Source: an uncultured Bacilli bacterium (GTDB taxonomy: Bacteria > Bacillota_I > Bacilli_A > RF39 > UBA660). Taken from it: a stretch of 64,000 bases of DNA. The translations under genes and the position numbers were made by a program. The notes beneath the pieces were generated by a model. That model was not told the origin of the DNA, did no database searches, and saw only the letters and a list, made by a program, of their open reading frames with translations. The stretch spans positions 7,639-71,638 of the forward strand of contig CANQIK010000002.1 of assembly GCA_947624085.1 (NCBI GenBank). Direction: 5' to 3'. Below are positions 38,335 to 48,090 of the stretch, piece after piece (the stretch's first letter is position 1; each line of letters opens with the position of its first letter).

Positions 38335-38849
38335 GTGCAATAAATTTTACAATAAAAAAGTATTGATTTTTAAGAGAATATGTAATAATATAACAACTAT
38401 ACAAATTTACAAATAAATTTTTGAGTATTGCATTTTTTAGGTTGATTTGTATATAATAATTGTAGAATAGTAATGTTAGTTCTATTCTGATTTCGTTAGA
38501 ACATATAAAAAAGATGTGTTTCGTTATCGATGATATCTTTGCTTTATGTTTCTATTGCTTTTGATAGGACAAAAAAAGAGATGCCTTTATGTCGGTGCCT
38601 CTTAGTCCAAATTTATGGTTGTGGCACCTTATCTATGAAGATATGGTGCTTTTTAATTATTTGTCTTTGTCTTTTGGAAGCACTAATAATAAAATTATCA
38701 ATGCGAGTATATACTCCATTTATCTCCTTCAACACGGACATCACCTCGCTTTCCTTTTAATATTAAAAAATAAAAATCGGACTACGAGGAAGCACCAACA
38801 AGCATCTCAAAATTAATTATACAATAATTACTAAAATTCGACAATAATA

Positions 38850-39176
38850 TTATATTAGATACTTTTTATAATGAGCCTTATGTTCAGGATATCTTTCTAT
38901 CATAAAGTTATATATCATTTTTTTGACTACTTTATTATTTTTAGAATGGATTTCGATGATATGATCTTCATATGATAACGGTACAAGATTCCATACTTCA
39001 TTATTAGACCTATTTTGGTCGATGTGATGATAATGTCTTATATTAAAAACATCTCCTTTTTTAGGCAGATATCTTCCCATGTAATCAACTACATAATCAG
39101 GATTATCCCATGCCTCATAAATAGTATCTAATTGCTTTCTTATTTTATTAGGTATATCCATAAAATATTTGCACAA
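38850..39176 (-). CDS. HNH endonuclease
   Basis: HHIDQNRSNNEVWNLVPLSYEDH fits the HNH motif (H-H...N...H). Confidence 0.75.
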   Translation of the reverse strand: MCKYFMDIPNKIRKQLDTIYEAWDNPDYVVDYMGRYLPKKGDVFNIRHYHHIDQNRSNNEVWNLVPLSYEDHIIEIHSKNNKVVKKMIYNFMIERYPEHKAHYKKYLI

Positions 39177-39251
39177 AATACATTTCGGAGTAATTTTTGG
39201 AGTAATTATTTATAAAATTGCCTTAATTACTGACATTTTTAATGATACAAC

Positions 39252-39272
39252 GATTCTTATCTCCAGCACCAT
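39252..39272. repeat. attR core: second copy of the 21-bp direct repeat
   Basis: Identical to 1020..1040. Confidence 0.75.
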
Positions 39273-39420
39273 AGTGATACCAAACTCGGACTTTTCTAGT
39301 TCGAGTTTTAAAATGTTTGATTTTATGATATTATTTTATAGGTTGAATTGATATATTTGTTAATTAAGAAAATACACTTGCATATTGCCAATAACAATAC
39401 CCTATGTAAGGAGAAGTATT

Positions 39421-40143
39421 ATGTTGTTAAAAAATTGTATTTATTTTATTATAATAACGGTTAGTTTACTTTCAATACCAATATTAATTTATTCAATAAA
39501 AAATAAAAACAAAAGAAATAGTAAATGTATAAAGTTAATTAACTTTTTTTATATAATGTATTTAATTTTAAATATAGCTGTTATACCAAATGTTTTAAGT
39601 ATAGATTTAGGCCTTGAAATTTTATTTTTGGCATTAATATCATTCTTTGCCATAATAATATATATTGTTTCTATTGTTATATGTTCCCAAAAAATTAAAA
39701 AAGGTAATGAAATGACTCCTTTTTCAAAGAAGCCTATATTAGTTATATTATTATTTATTATATTACCTATTTTGTTATTATCATGTAGTTTATTTAAAGA
39801 ATATTATCTAATAATTAATAGCGACATAGTATTAGTATACAAATCAAATGGTAATGGTGGCATAGACGATAGTAATCATTTTGCTTATGCAATTAATGAA
39901 AATTATTTTGAAGAAATTAGTTTAGGACTTGCAACGGGCGATTACAGTTTAGTAAAATATTTACCTAAAAAATCAAAAAAAATTGATAATATTGAAAATA
40001 TAAATAATTATAACGTTTCTCTCGATAACAATGAAAAATATATTACAATTTATAAAAATAATAAACTTATTCATAAAAAACAAATTAATCCTAATTATTA
40101 CAACATTAGCTTTGATGGAGGCTTTTATATAAACAACGAATAA
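39421..40143 (+). CDS. Polytopic membrane protein (Ile/Asn-rich)
   Basis: RBS aaggaga then ATG 39421. The track start is TTG at 39385. Multiple TM helices. Confidence 0.5.
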   Translation: MLLKNCIYFIIITVSLLSIPILIYSIKNKNKRNSKCIKLINFFYIMYLILNIAVIPNVLSIDLGLEILFLALISFFAIIIYIVSIVICSQKIKKGNEMTPFSKKPILVILLFIILPILLLSCSLFKEYYLIINSDIVLVYKSNGNGGIDDSNHFAYAINENYFEEISLGLATGDYSLVKYLPKKSKKIDNIENINNYNVSLDNNEKYITIYKNNKLIHKKQINPNYYNISFDGGFYINNE

Positions 40144-41120
40144 AGGTATAATTTCGCTATATTATGGTTATATTTCAAGAATGTTGCCATACTTCTTCGT
40201 TTAAATTGATAGCTATATATCATTAACTGATTTGACAAAATATTCTAATTCTGAAAGTCCTCCTATTGTTATATTTAGATTAGCAATAAAGGAACAATTG
40301 ATTATATAGGATTATGGAAACAATTCAATAATGAAGTTGGATTTTCATCATTTACTTTAAGTATTAAAAGATGGATTGCTATCACTAGGTTGATAAGAAA
40401 CACGGGAATTGCTGAAACTTGCAAAAAAATTCATATTATGATAATATGTATTTAGCAAGGAAGCTTGCATAAAATAAAAAAGGGAACATTCAGTTTCGTA
40501 AAGTTGAATGTCTACCCAATTAATATTGTTTAGACATTTAATTCAAATATGCGAATTAAGTGTCATTTTTTTATAACTACTATCATAATGATAAGGAGAA
40601 ATAAAATGATAGTAATGAGCTTTAGAACTTTTAAGATAAAAGTCTTAGTTTTCACTATATCAAACCTCCTTTCTATAAAGATTGGAGGTAGACACTCAAC
40701 AACTGATGTTCCCTGTAAAAAGTATACTATTTATTGTAAACAAAAAACAAGCGTTCGTGTAATATTTTTCCAAAAAATGTCGTACTTCTTCCTTTTAGTC
40801 ACTAGGGTAATTGAAAAAGCAGTTATTTAAAAAATTGAGAAAATCAATTGTAACTATAATATGATTTTCAGAACATTATTAAAGATAGCAAATCTAAAAA
40901 TATGCGTAAATTTTAAAACATTATCATTTGTGCTATAATTTCTATAGATTTATTAATATAGGACGGAGCATTGAATATATATATATAAATAAATTAAAAG
41001 AATATTTAAATAGCTGACAACAAAATATCAACAATAGTAAAGTCACTTTTTGCTGTTTCCCATAAAAAGGGATCTAAAAAAATAAAATGTAAATTTTTAA
41101 AACTTTTTTAAAAATATATA

Positions 41121-41150
41121 TTGACATGTGTCATTTGTACGCATTATACT
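41121..41150 (+). promoter_or_regulatory. Promoter of the nrtR-like gene, with a perfect palindrome overlapping the -35 element
   Basis: TTGACA at 41121..41126, an 18-nt spacer, TATACT at 41145..41150. The palindrome TGACATGTGTCA lies at 41122..41133. Confidence 0.45.
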
Positions 41151-41170
41151 ATAGCTATAAGGAGGATAAA

Positions 41171-41845
41171 ATGCAAACAAGCAACCCACTTTATAAAAGG
41201 CAGGGAATACATGCCATAGCTTCAATCTTTACCGTTGAAGATGGCGTAACAAAAGTTCTTTTGGTAAAGAGAAAGAATGTACCTTTTAAAGATATGTGGG
41301 CATTAGTTGGTGGCGCCATATATAATAATGAAGATTTGCTTGACGGCCTAAAGAGGGAAATATTTGAAAAAACCGGAATAATAAATATTGATACCTACTT
41401 TTCAGGCGTATTTGGTAAGAAAGACCGTTCTCCTGTAATGCGCATGGTGGCAATTACTTATATTGGGGTAATTGACAGTAAGAAAGTGTCCTTTTTAAAA
41501 GAGACACTGCACACCTCGAATGCTGATTGGGTTCCAATAGATAAAATACCAAAATTAGCATTTGATCATAATGAAATTGTGAGTGAAGCTTTAACATCAC
41601 TTCGCGAGCAAATAGTAAATACTGATATCTTAAAAGCCTTATTCCCTGATGGCTTTACGCTTCCAGAAATTCAAAAGGTATATGAATCAATTTTAGGGAA
41701 GAAGTTTGATCGCCGTAATTTCCGGAAAAAGATACTTAGTATTGATCTCATCCAAGATACAAACAAAGTGCGAAATTTTAAAGGAAATAAACCTGCCAAA
41801 GTTTATAAATTTAAAAAGAGCAAACAAAATAAAAGTGTATTTTAA
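41171..41845 (+). CDS. NrtR-family Nudix-related transcriptional regulator
   Basis: Nudix box GGAIYNNEDLLDGLKREIFEKTGI. The C-terminal wHTH FPDGFTLPEIQKVYESILGKKFDRRNFRKKIL...GNKPAKVYKF matches the NrtR DNA-binding domain pattern. RBS GGAGG 41161..41165. The track start at 41126 lies inside the promoter. Confidence 0.7.
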   Translation: MQTSNPLYKRQGIHAIASIFTVEDGVTKVLLVKRKNVPFKDMWALVGGAIYNNEDLLDGLKREIFEKTGIINIDTYFSGVFGKKDRSPVMRMVAITYIGVIDSKKVSFLKETLHTSNADWVPIDKIPKLAFDHNEIVSEALTSLREQIVNTDILKALFPDGFTLPEIQKVYESILGKKFDRRNFRKKILSIDLIQDTNKVRNFKGNKPAKVYKFKKSKQNKSVF

Positions 41846-41866
41846 ATACATTTTTTATACCACCTT

Positions 41867-41902
41867 AAAAGCGTATTTTTAACGCTACTAAAATACGCTT
41901 TT
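41867..41902 (+). terminator. Perfect 13-bp-stem hairpin (aaaagcgtatttt-N10-aaaatacgctttt); possible terminator or operator
   Basis: Seen directly. There is no strong T run, so its function is uncertain. Confidence 0.35.
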
Positions 41903-41916
41903 AAATAAAAAAGTAA

Positions 41917-41933
41917 TGCGTAAATTATACGCA
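41917..41933 (+). promoter_or_regulatory. Palindrome TGCGTA-N5-TACGCA about 20 nt upstream of the HD-kinase gene; candidate operator
   Basis: Perfect 6-bp inverted arms. The half-site TACGC(A) also occurs at 41138..41143 and within the hairpin arms. Confidence 0.4.
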
Positions 41934-41952
41934 GTGAGAGGAAGGAAATATA

Positions 41953-44577
41953 ATGACCGTTAATGATATATGGGGAAGAATTGTAATTGAAAAAGAATAT
42001 GAAGATATAATTAATAGTAAAGAATTTAGTAGCCTTAAACAAAAGACACAACTTGGCCTTAATTCGAATATTAATGCTACACACACAAGATATCAACATA
42101 GTATTGGTACATATTATATGGCTTGTAAGCTTATTGAAATATGTAAAAGAAAGTTTTCGGATATTTTAAACATTGATAAAGATGATGAAAGAGCGATAAA
42201 GGTTATGGCTTTGGTACATGACATAGGCCATGGGTGCTTTTCTCACGTTTCAGAAAAACAACTCGAGGGAACTCATGAAGATAGAACGGAAAAACTACTA
42301 TTAGATCCGACAACGGAAATTCATAAAGCTATTGTTGCTAACTTTGGTAAATCAGTTTTAGAAAAAACAATTTATTTACTAAAATTAAAAGAAAAGGTAA
42401 AAGCTTCAGGCACAGTTGAAGATAGTAAAAACTTAGTTTTTGTCATATGCAAACTCTTATCAGGAGGCATAGATATAGATCGTATTGACTATATATATCG
42501 TGACTCTCGCTATGCTTTAGGCGAAGAGAATGATTTTTCATCTATTTTAGATAGTATTGAACTTGAATGCATAGAGGGTACTTTAGAAGTTGTTTTTGAT
42601 GGTGATGCTGAATTTAAAATAGCTAATTTTCTTAATAAAAGATTTGAGTTATATGATACTTTATATATGAACTCTTCAACAAGAATTTTGGAACAGATAT
42701 TTGATAAGTTCTTAAAAGAAGCAGGTATAAAACTTACTTGGGATACTTCAGAAGTAGAAATGAACAATATCTTTAGAGAAAATTTAGACAGTAATAATCC
42801 TATTTTAAGAAGATACTCTCATTTATTAAGTTCTCGAAAAATAGATAGTTGTTTTGTTATTAAAGAATATGATGATGAAACTAAATTCAAACATTTTAGG
42901 AAAAGATTATTTTCGCGATGCCAAGTTTTAGAAAAATATCCTGAAGTTGTTTTTCAAGATAAATCAAAAGTAAGTGTATATAATAAAACTAACAAAGTTT
43001 TTGTTAATAAACAAGGAATAATTCAAGATATATCTGATTCATCGAAGATATTGAATTCATCATTACAAAAAGAGAAATATGTAATAGCAATTGATACTGA
43101 ATTACTAACTATTCTTTTGAAAAGAGACAATATTCCTGAAAAAGATATATCAGATATTTTAAAAGAAATAACAAAAGTAATGGCTCCTGAAATAGAGCAA
43201 GAAAAGAAGTATGTTTTTACTGATGATTTAGCGCAAAGTCCCGAAGAAGCCTTTGCAGAAATAAAAAACATATTGGGGCTTTCTAATCCTAAAATAGTCC
43301 AAAACCAAGATGTTTATTATGATCATGATCGTATACTTGAAAGCTATCGTATAGCTATTAGAAAAAGAGTATGCGGTGGTAAAGTTGAATGGACGGTAAA
43401 AAGACCTATCAAAGATAAAACTTCTCTTTCTAAAAGAGATGAAAAAAACTTTTCTTCCAAAGAAGAAGTAATAGATTTTTTAAACAGCGAATGGAATATT
43501 CCTATTAAGTCTTTAGAGGAAGCTATAACATTAAATACTACACGCGAAAAATATTATTTAGAGAAGGCTGGAGGTATATATGAAGTGGTTTTTGATAGAA
43601 CTACCCCTCATTTTGCCGATAGAAAATATCCTGAACAATATATGATAGAGTGTGAACTTAAAGAAGGAAATTCTTCTGGATTATTTGTTATAGATAGCCT
43701 TATTAAAAAACTTTCATTCATAAAAGAATGCAATAACTCTAAAAAAGAAAGAGCGTTAAGTTTAGTGGAAGAAGATAAAAATAAAGAAATAGATATAAAC
43801 TTTGATAAAGAGGATGTTATATATGATAAAGAAGTAGCTACTTTCTTCATCGGTAATCCAAAACTTTTAGAGAATTTAAGATATCTTGATAAGAAGAAAG
43901 ATGAGATAAGAAAATTAAGAGAAAAATTTGGCGATTTAAAAACTCCAATTGTAGTAACAATATCGGGAAGTCCTAGAGCAGGTAAAACAACCTGTGTTGA
44001 TAATTTGACAGAGTTTTTACGAAAAGCTGATCTTAGAGTTTCCTCATTAACTGAACCCGCGGGGATGATATATAGTACACTTAAAAGCCGGGCTGAAAAG
44101 AGGGCTTTACTTCAAGATAGGGTAGGCTTTGTGGATAAGCAATATGAAATTGGCACAAGTGCTATTCAAAGTAGTCTTGAAAATAGTGATGTTATTATTT
44201 GCGATCGTGGAGCTATTGATCCTTTTGTTTGGTATGATATGTACCATGCTTTAGGAATTGTTGATGATGAAAGATATCATAAATTTTTAGAAAATATTAA
44301 AAAGGCAAAAAACTATATAGATTGTTTTTATGCTTTATATGCGGAAAGTGAAGTAGCTATACAAAGAGATTACCTTAATTCATTATCAATAGAAGAGCGC
44401 AGTACGATGAGTAGGGAAAATGTTGAAAGATATAATAGTGCTTTACTTAGAATGCTACCAATAATTAGTGCAAACTGTGATACAATGAAATTAATTGATA
44501 CATCTAAGGCAGATAAAATGGATGTCTCTATTGAAGTGGCAGATAGAGTTATGGAAAGAATAAGGAGATTGTATTAA
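41953..44577 (+). CDS. Fusion of an HD-domain dNTP triphosphohydrolase-like N-terminus with a P-loop nucleoside/nucleotide kinase-like C-terminus (874 aa)
   Basis: N-terminus HTRYQHSIGTYYMACKL...ALVHDIGHGCFSH (HD, dGTPase/SAMHD1-type signature). C-terminus VVTISGSPRAGKTTC (Walker A)...ICDRGAIDPFVWYD (dNK/NRK-like lid). RBS gagaggaagg. Confidence 0.75.
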   Translation: MTVNDIWGRIVIEKEYEDIINSKEFSSLKQKTQLGLNSNINATHTRYQHSIGTYYMACKLIEICKRKFSDILNIDKDDERAIKVMALVHDIGHGCFSHVSEKQLEGTHEDRTEKLLLDPTTEIHKAIVANFGKSVLEKTIYLLKLKEKVKASGTVEDSKNLVFVICKLLSGGIDIDRIDYIYRDSRYALGEENDFSSILDSIELECIEGTLEVVFDGDAEFKIANFLNKRFELYDTLYMNSSTRILEQIFDKFLKEAGIKLTWDTSEVEMNNIFRENLDSNNPILRRYSHLLSSRKIDSCFVIKEYDDETKFKHFRKRLFSRCQVLEKYPEVVFQDKSKVSVYNKTNKVFVNKQGIIQDISDSSKILNSSLQKEKYVIAIDTELLTILLKRDNIPEKDISDILKEITKVMAPEIEQEKKYVFTDDLAQSPEEAFAEIKNILGLSNPKIVQNQDVYYDHDRILESYRIAIRKRVCGGKVEWTVKRPIKDKTSLSKRDEKNFSSKEEVIDFLNSEWNIPIKSLEEAITLNTTREKYYLEKAGGIYEVVFDRTTPHFADRKYPEQYMIECELKEGNSSGLFVIDSLIKKLSFIKECNNSKKERALSLVEEDKNKEIDINFDKEDVIYDKEVATFFIGNPKLLENLRYLDKKKDEIRKLREKFGDLKTPIVVTISGSPRAGKTTCVDNLTEFLRKADLRVSSLTEPAGMIYSTLKSRAEKRALLQDRVGFVDKQYEIGTSAIQSSLENSDVIICDRGAIDPFVWYDMYHALGIVDDERYHKFLENIKKAKNYIDCFYALYAESEVAIQRDYLNSLSIEERSTMSRENVERYNSALLRMLPIISANCDTMKLIDTSKADKMDVSIEVADRVMERIRRLY

Positions 44578-45029
44578 TGTATTTTATTAACTTAATAAAA
44601 GAAAGATTTAAGAATGAGAAATTAGATATTTATGTTGATATGGATGGCGTTATAGCCGATTATGAAGTAGGTAAATTTGATTTCTTAAATCGTAGACCTC
44701 TTATGAATAACATTAAGATATTTAAAGAGTTAAATTTTTATGAAAATATAACTCTTAACATATTATCAATATGCCGAGAAGATCATCAAATTGCTGATAA
44801 AAATAAATGGCTTGATAAATATGCACCTTTTTTCAAAAATAGAAATATAATTTCTAAAGAAAGTCATCCTAACAAATCTTCTAAAGAATTGAAATATGAA
44901 TTTTTAAAGAATATTCCGCAAAAAGATAAAAAAATTATTTTTGTTGATGATGATAATGGTATTATAAAATATATCCATAGTAATTTAGATAATATTATTA
45001 TATTTCAAGCTTCCTCATTAATAGATTAA
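44577..45029 (+). CDS. 5'(3')-deoxyribonucleotidase, NT5C family (HAD)
   Basis: N-terminal HAD motif I LDIYVDMDGVIADYE, typical of NT5C. ATG overlaps the upstream stop. Confidence 0.65.
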   Translation: MYFINLIKERFKNEKLDIYVDMDGVIADYEVGKFDFLNRRPLMNNIKIFKELNFYENITLNILSICREDHQIADKNKWLDKYAPFFKNRNIISKESHPNKSSKELKYEFLKNIPQKDKKIIFVDDDNGIIKYIHSNLDNIIIFQASSLID

Positions 45030-45147
45030 AAATATCAATCAGTTTAAATGATTTTAGATATATGTAAAACAATCATAACAAGGCCTATCATATTTTGAAA
45101 AGTACTACCCTTTTGTGATATATTATAGAATATCAGGAGTAGGGATA

Positions 45148-45783
45148 ATGAAAAAGAATGTTTTAAGAATAATGTTAGGCTCAATAATAGCAGAGGTTAT
45201 TATAGTATGCTTATTAATATTGATTGGCGACTTTGATGAAATTGCATGGCAAACAATAGGTTCTATAGCAATTATATTTGGCTATTCTATACCTTGTTTA
45301 TTTTATGCCAAAGTATTTGATAATGAGAAATACAAGGCTATAGCGATTATTGGTTCATTTATTGTTTTCTTTGCAGGCTTAATAAGTGTATTAAATTTGT
45401 GGAACCCATTATTTGACGAAGACTTTGAATTAATTGCCACCTTCAATGTTATTATATGGATGCTTGCTTTTATATCGTGGATTTTATCATTATCCACAGT
45501 AAATCAAGTATTAAATTTATTTAAAAAAATAGGGGTATCTTTATTAGCAATATTAAGCCTTTTCGTTATTGATGATATTTGGAGCAAGAATTTTCCAAAA
45601 GGCTTTTTAGCAAGATTATATTATGTTTTAATTGTTTTAACAATTGGATCTCTTATTTGCATTTTGATATTAACAAAAGTCTATAAAAAGGAAATCATTA
45701 AAAGTGAGGATGACAAGCAAAATAATATTTCTAATAATGATAAACTTTTACAAAATGCGATTGGCGAAGACAAAAAAAGTTAA
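45148..45783 (+). CDS. Polytopic membrane protein
   Basis: RBS ggagtaggg then ATG 45148 (the track start is 45115). Five to six TM helices. Confidence 0.5.
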   Translation: MKKNVLRIMLGSIIAEVIIVCLLILIGDFDEIAWQTIGSIAIIFGYSIPCLFYAKVFDNEKYKAIAIIGSFIVFFAGLISVLNLWNPLFDEDFELIATFNVIIWMLAFISWILSLSTVNQVLNLFKKIGVSLLAILSLFVIDDIWSKNFPKGFLARLYYVLIVLTIGSLICILILTKVYKKEIIKSEDDKQNNISNNDKLLQNAIGEDKKS

Positions 45784-45810
45784 AGATAAATATAAACAAC
45801 AATTTAAAAA

Positions 45811-45831
45811 CCACTTCATATTGCGAAGTGG
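45811..45831. terminator. Bidirectional rho-independent terminator between convergent genes
   Basis: ccacttc-atattgc-gaagtgg flanked by an A run and a T run. Confidence 0.55.
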
Positions 45832-45839
45832 CTTCTTTT

Positions 45840-46865
45840 TTATTTGGCAGGATCAATTAGTATTTTAATCGCATCATCTTCTCCAGAGGTTAATCTTTCA
45901 AAGGCCTTTTGAACGCCCTCGATAGGAACGATGTCATCAACGAATTTACTAACATTAAATTTCTTTTTATTAATTAAATTTATACATTCGGCAAATTCAT
46001 CATAGGTGTAGCCAATAGCTCCATATAGTTTTTGTTCTCTTGTAACAGTAACAGCAGATGGGAAAGAAATACTATCTAAAGATACACCTACAAGAACAAT
46101 AGTACCATTAGGTTTAGCAAGCATTACAGCAGAAGATACGGCCGGGGTATTTCCACAGCAATCAAAAACAATATCATATCCATAAGGGCAATTTTCCAAA
46201 GCTTCTTTCATAAAAGTTTCATCTTTGGCATTATAAAACTTATCAGCACAGCCAAGAGTTACAGCTTTTTCACCCCGTTTTTCATTAACTTCACTAACCG
46301 CTACAAAACTTGCTCCCGCTTTTTTAGCTATCATAGCACATATATCACCAATGATACCGGCACCAATAACTAAAACATTATCCCCAGGCTTAATACCAGA
46401 TAGTCTAACCGCATGAAATGATACTGCTGTAGGTTCTACCATGGCTACTTCTTCATCAGTCATTTCTTCAGGAACTTTAATAGTTAAATCAGGTCTAAGA
46501 CTCGTTTTTAAAGCATAAGCTCCTGGGCTTGAAAGCGATAACCCAACGGCATCATTCCAAGTCTCTGGACAATATTGAGGATTACCTGATTTGCAAGCAG
46601 GACACTTACCACATGGCGAAATAGGTAAAGCAGTAACTCGGTCACCTAGTCTTAAATCAGAACGGGAACCAGCATCAATAACTGTTCCACATAATTCATG
46701 CCCCATTACAAGGCCTACAGGTTCACCGGAATCCCAATAATGAATATCCGAACCACAAATTCCGGCTTTTTTAACTTCAATTATAACTTTACCAGTGCCT
46801 AATATTGGCTCGCTTATATCTTTAGTTTCTATCATTTTCTTTTGCGTAATCATTGCACACTTCAT
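45840..46865 (-). CDS. Zinc-dependent alcohol/polyol dehydrogenase (MDR family)
   Basis: GHELCGTVIDAGS zinc-ADH signature. Structural zinc site CGKCPACKSG. Rossmann motif LVIGAGIIG. Confidence 0.85.
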   Translation of the reverse strand: MKCAMITQKKMIETKDISEPILGTGKVIIEVKKAGICGSDIHYWDSGEPVGLVMGHELCGTVIDAGSRSDLRLGDRVTALPISPCGKCPACKSGNPQYCPETWNDAVGLSLSSPGAYALKTSLRPDLTIKVPEEMTDEEVAMVEPTAVSFHAVRLSGIKPGDNVLVIGAGIIGDICAMIAKKAGASFVAVSEVNEKRGEKAVTLGCADKFYNAKDETFMKEALENCPYGYDIVFDCCGNTPAVSSAVMLAKPNGTIVLVGVSLDSISFPSAVTVTREQKLYGAIGYTYDEFAECINLINKKKFNVSKFVDDIVPIEGVQKAFERLTSGEDDAIKILIDPAK

Positions 46866-47068
46866 TTATATCAACTCCTTTACTACCATAATTATATATT
46901 ATTTTTCCCTAGTTGCCTAAAATTATTAAAAAACTTAAAGTCAAGTTAATGTCTAACGAGAAAGAAACCAAATGCTTTAGTTTACACTTTAGAAAGCTTT
47001 GAACTATTGCTATGATTAGATAATTGTGATATGATTAGTGCGATAATAGAAGAAAGGAGGCTTGCTAG

Positions 47069-47353
47069 ATGTCGCCTGATGAAATATCAAAATTAAGAGA
47101 ATATTGTGCTGAATTCAAACAATATCGTGCCAATACTGCTGATGGTTCAGGAAGTACTTTACATGATATAAAAGTTACTTTTGATTATATCGCTAAAACA
47201 TTAGAAAATTATGATATACAGGGATCACATTATGGCAGTGAATTAACTAACAAAGCAAAAGCTGCTGGAGAAGTTTTAAGCCAATTATGGTTATGCTTAC
47301 AAGATCTAGAAAATTCTGTAGAATACTTCTGTGATACTCAAGAACAATTATAG
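47069..47353 (+). CDS. Small helical protein 1 of 4 (94 aa); unknown function
   Basis: RBS gaaaggagg. Predicted all-alpha. Confidence 0.5.
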   Translation: MSPDEISKLREYCAEFKQYRANTADGSGSTLHDIKVTFDYIAKTLENYDIQGSHYGSELTNKAKAAGEVLSQLWLCLQDLENSVEYFCDTQEQL

Positions 47354-47388
47354 TGAAATAAAATTAATAAGAAAGGAAAGTGATATAA

Positions 47389-47721
47389 ATGGCATCTTTA
47401 ACACCTGCTAAAACATTACCTGAAGAACTTCAAAGACAGTCAGAAAGAGTTCAAGAACAATTACAATGTTTAAAAACTATTTTAGATAATGTTGAAAATC
47501 GTTTACATAGCATGAGTTCTATGATGGAAAATAAAAATACTGATTTATCATCACAACTTAGTAATTTAGCTGACCACTTAGAAAATTATGAATCAAAAGC
47601 TCAAGCAATATATGATGATGTTTCAGATAGCTTATCTTCATATTCTGTTGCAATATTAAATAGTATTGAAAGCCTTAATACACATGTAACTGATATTGGT
47701 AATTTAATTGCAGATCTTTAA
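47389..47721 (+). CDS. Small helical protein 2 of 4 (110 aa)
   Basis: RBS aagaaaggaaag. Ser/Leu/Asn-rich helical. Confidence 0.5.
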   Translation: MASLTPAKTLPEELQRQSERVQEQLQCLKTILDNVENRLHSMSSMMENKNTDLSSQLSNLADHLENYESKAQAIYDDVSDSLSSYSVAILNSIESLNTHVTDIGNLIADL

Positions 47722-47774
47722 TTAAACAATGTTAAAGCTGGGGAATGCCTCAGTTTTTATTTTGCCTTAAAAGC

Positions 47775-47803
47775 TTGTAAATAATAGTTGAATGTAATAT
47801 AAT
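47775..47803 (+). promoter_or_regulatory. Sigma-70-like promoter for small proteins 3 and 4
   Basis: TTGTAA, a 17-nt spacer, then TATAAT at 47798..47803. Confidence 0.4.
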
Positions 47804-47829
47804 GAGCTTATGGTGCGGAGGCTTTGAAT

Positions 47830-48090
47830 ATGGCTAATTTTACAGAACCTGAACTTAATGAATTAAGTGATAATTTAATAAAATTATTATCTGTAATGGG
47901 CGAAAGCCATTACAAAGATATGGAAAAATCTTTTTTTGATTTAAACGAAGTATTTATAGCAAATTCCAAAGAAAAAATTGATATAGCAGATTTTGATGCA
48001 TTTCGAAAATCTATAAATGAATTGCAAAATGATACAGTAGCCGTAGTCAATCAAATTAAGGCTCTTATGGTAAATGGGGGATTAAGATGA
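47830..48090 (+). CDS. Small helical protein 3 of 4 (87 aa)
   Basis: RBS gcggaggc then ATG 47830. The track start is TTG at 47824. Confidence 0.5.
   Translation: MANFTEPELNELSDNLIKLLSVMGESHYKDMEKSFFDLNEVFIANSKEKIDIADFDAFRKSINELQNDTVAVVNQIKALMVNGGLR

Larger units (their letters stand above)
1020..39272. mobile_element. Integrated temperate prophage of about 38.2 kb, from attL to attR
   Basis: The integrase lies next to the tRNA. The element is bounded by a 21-bp direct repeat. The lysogeny, replication, packaging, structural and lysis modules are all on the + strand, consistent with a single unit. Confidence 0.8.

Noticed and set aside
38340-38850. Several small overlapping ORFs (38216..38416, 38530..38760, 38589..38816) between the endolysin and the HNH gene
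   Set aside because: They overlap each other in different frames, lack RBSs and follow a strong terminator. The region is most likely non-coding.
40549-40830. A 93-aa ORF in the AT-rich gap between the membrane protein and nrtR
   Set aside because: Its composition is typical of AT-rich non-coding sequence. A shorter version from ATG 40607 has an RBS but no recognisable features, so it is left unannotated.
41842-42099. A minus-strand 85-aa ORF overlapping the nrtR/HD-kinase intergenic region
   Set aside because: It overlaps the hairpin and palindromes and the start of the HD-kinase gene, and has no RBS, so it is a spurious antisense frame.
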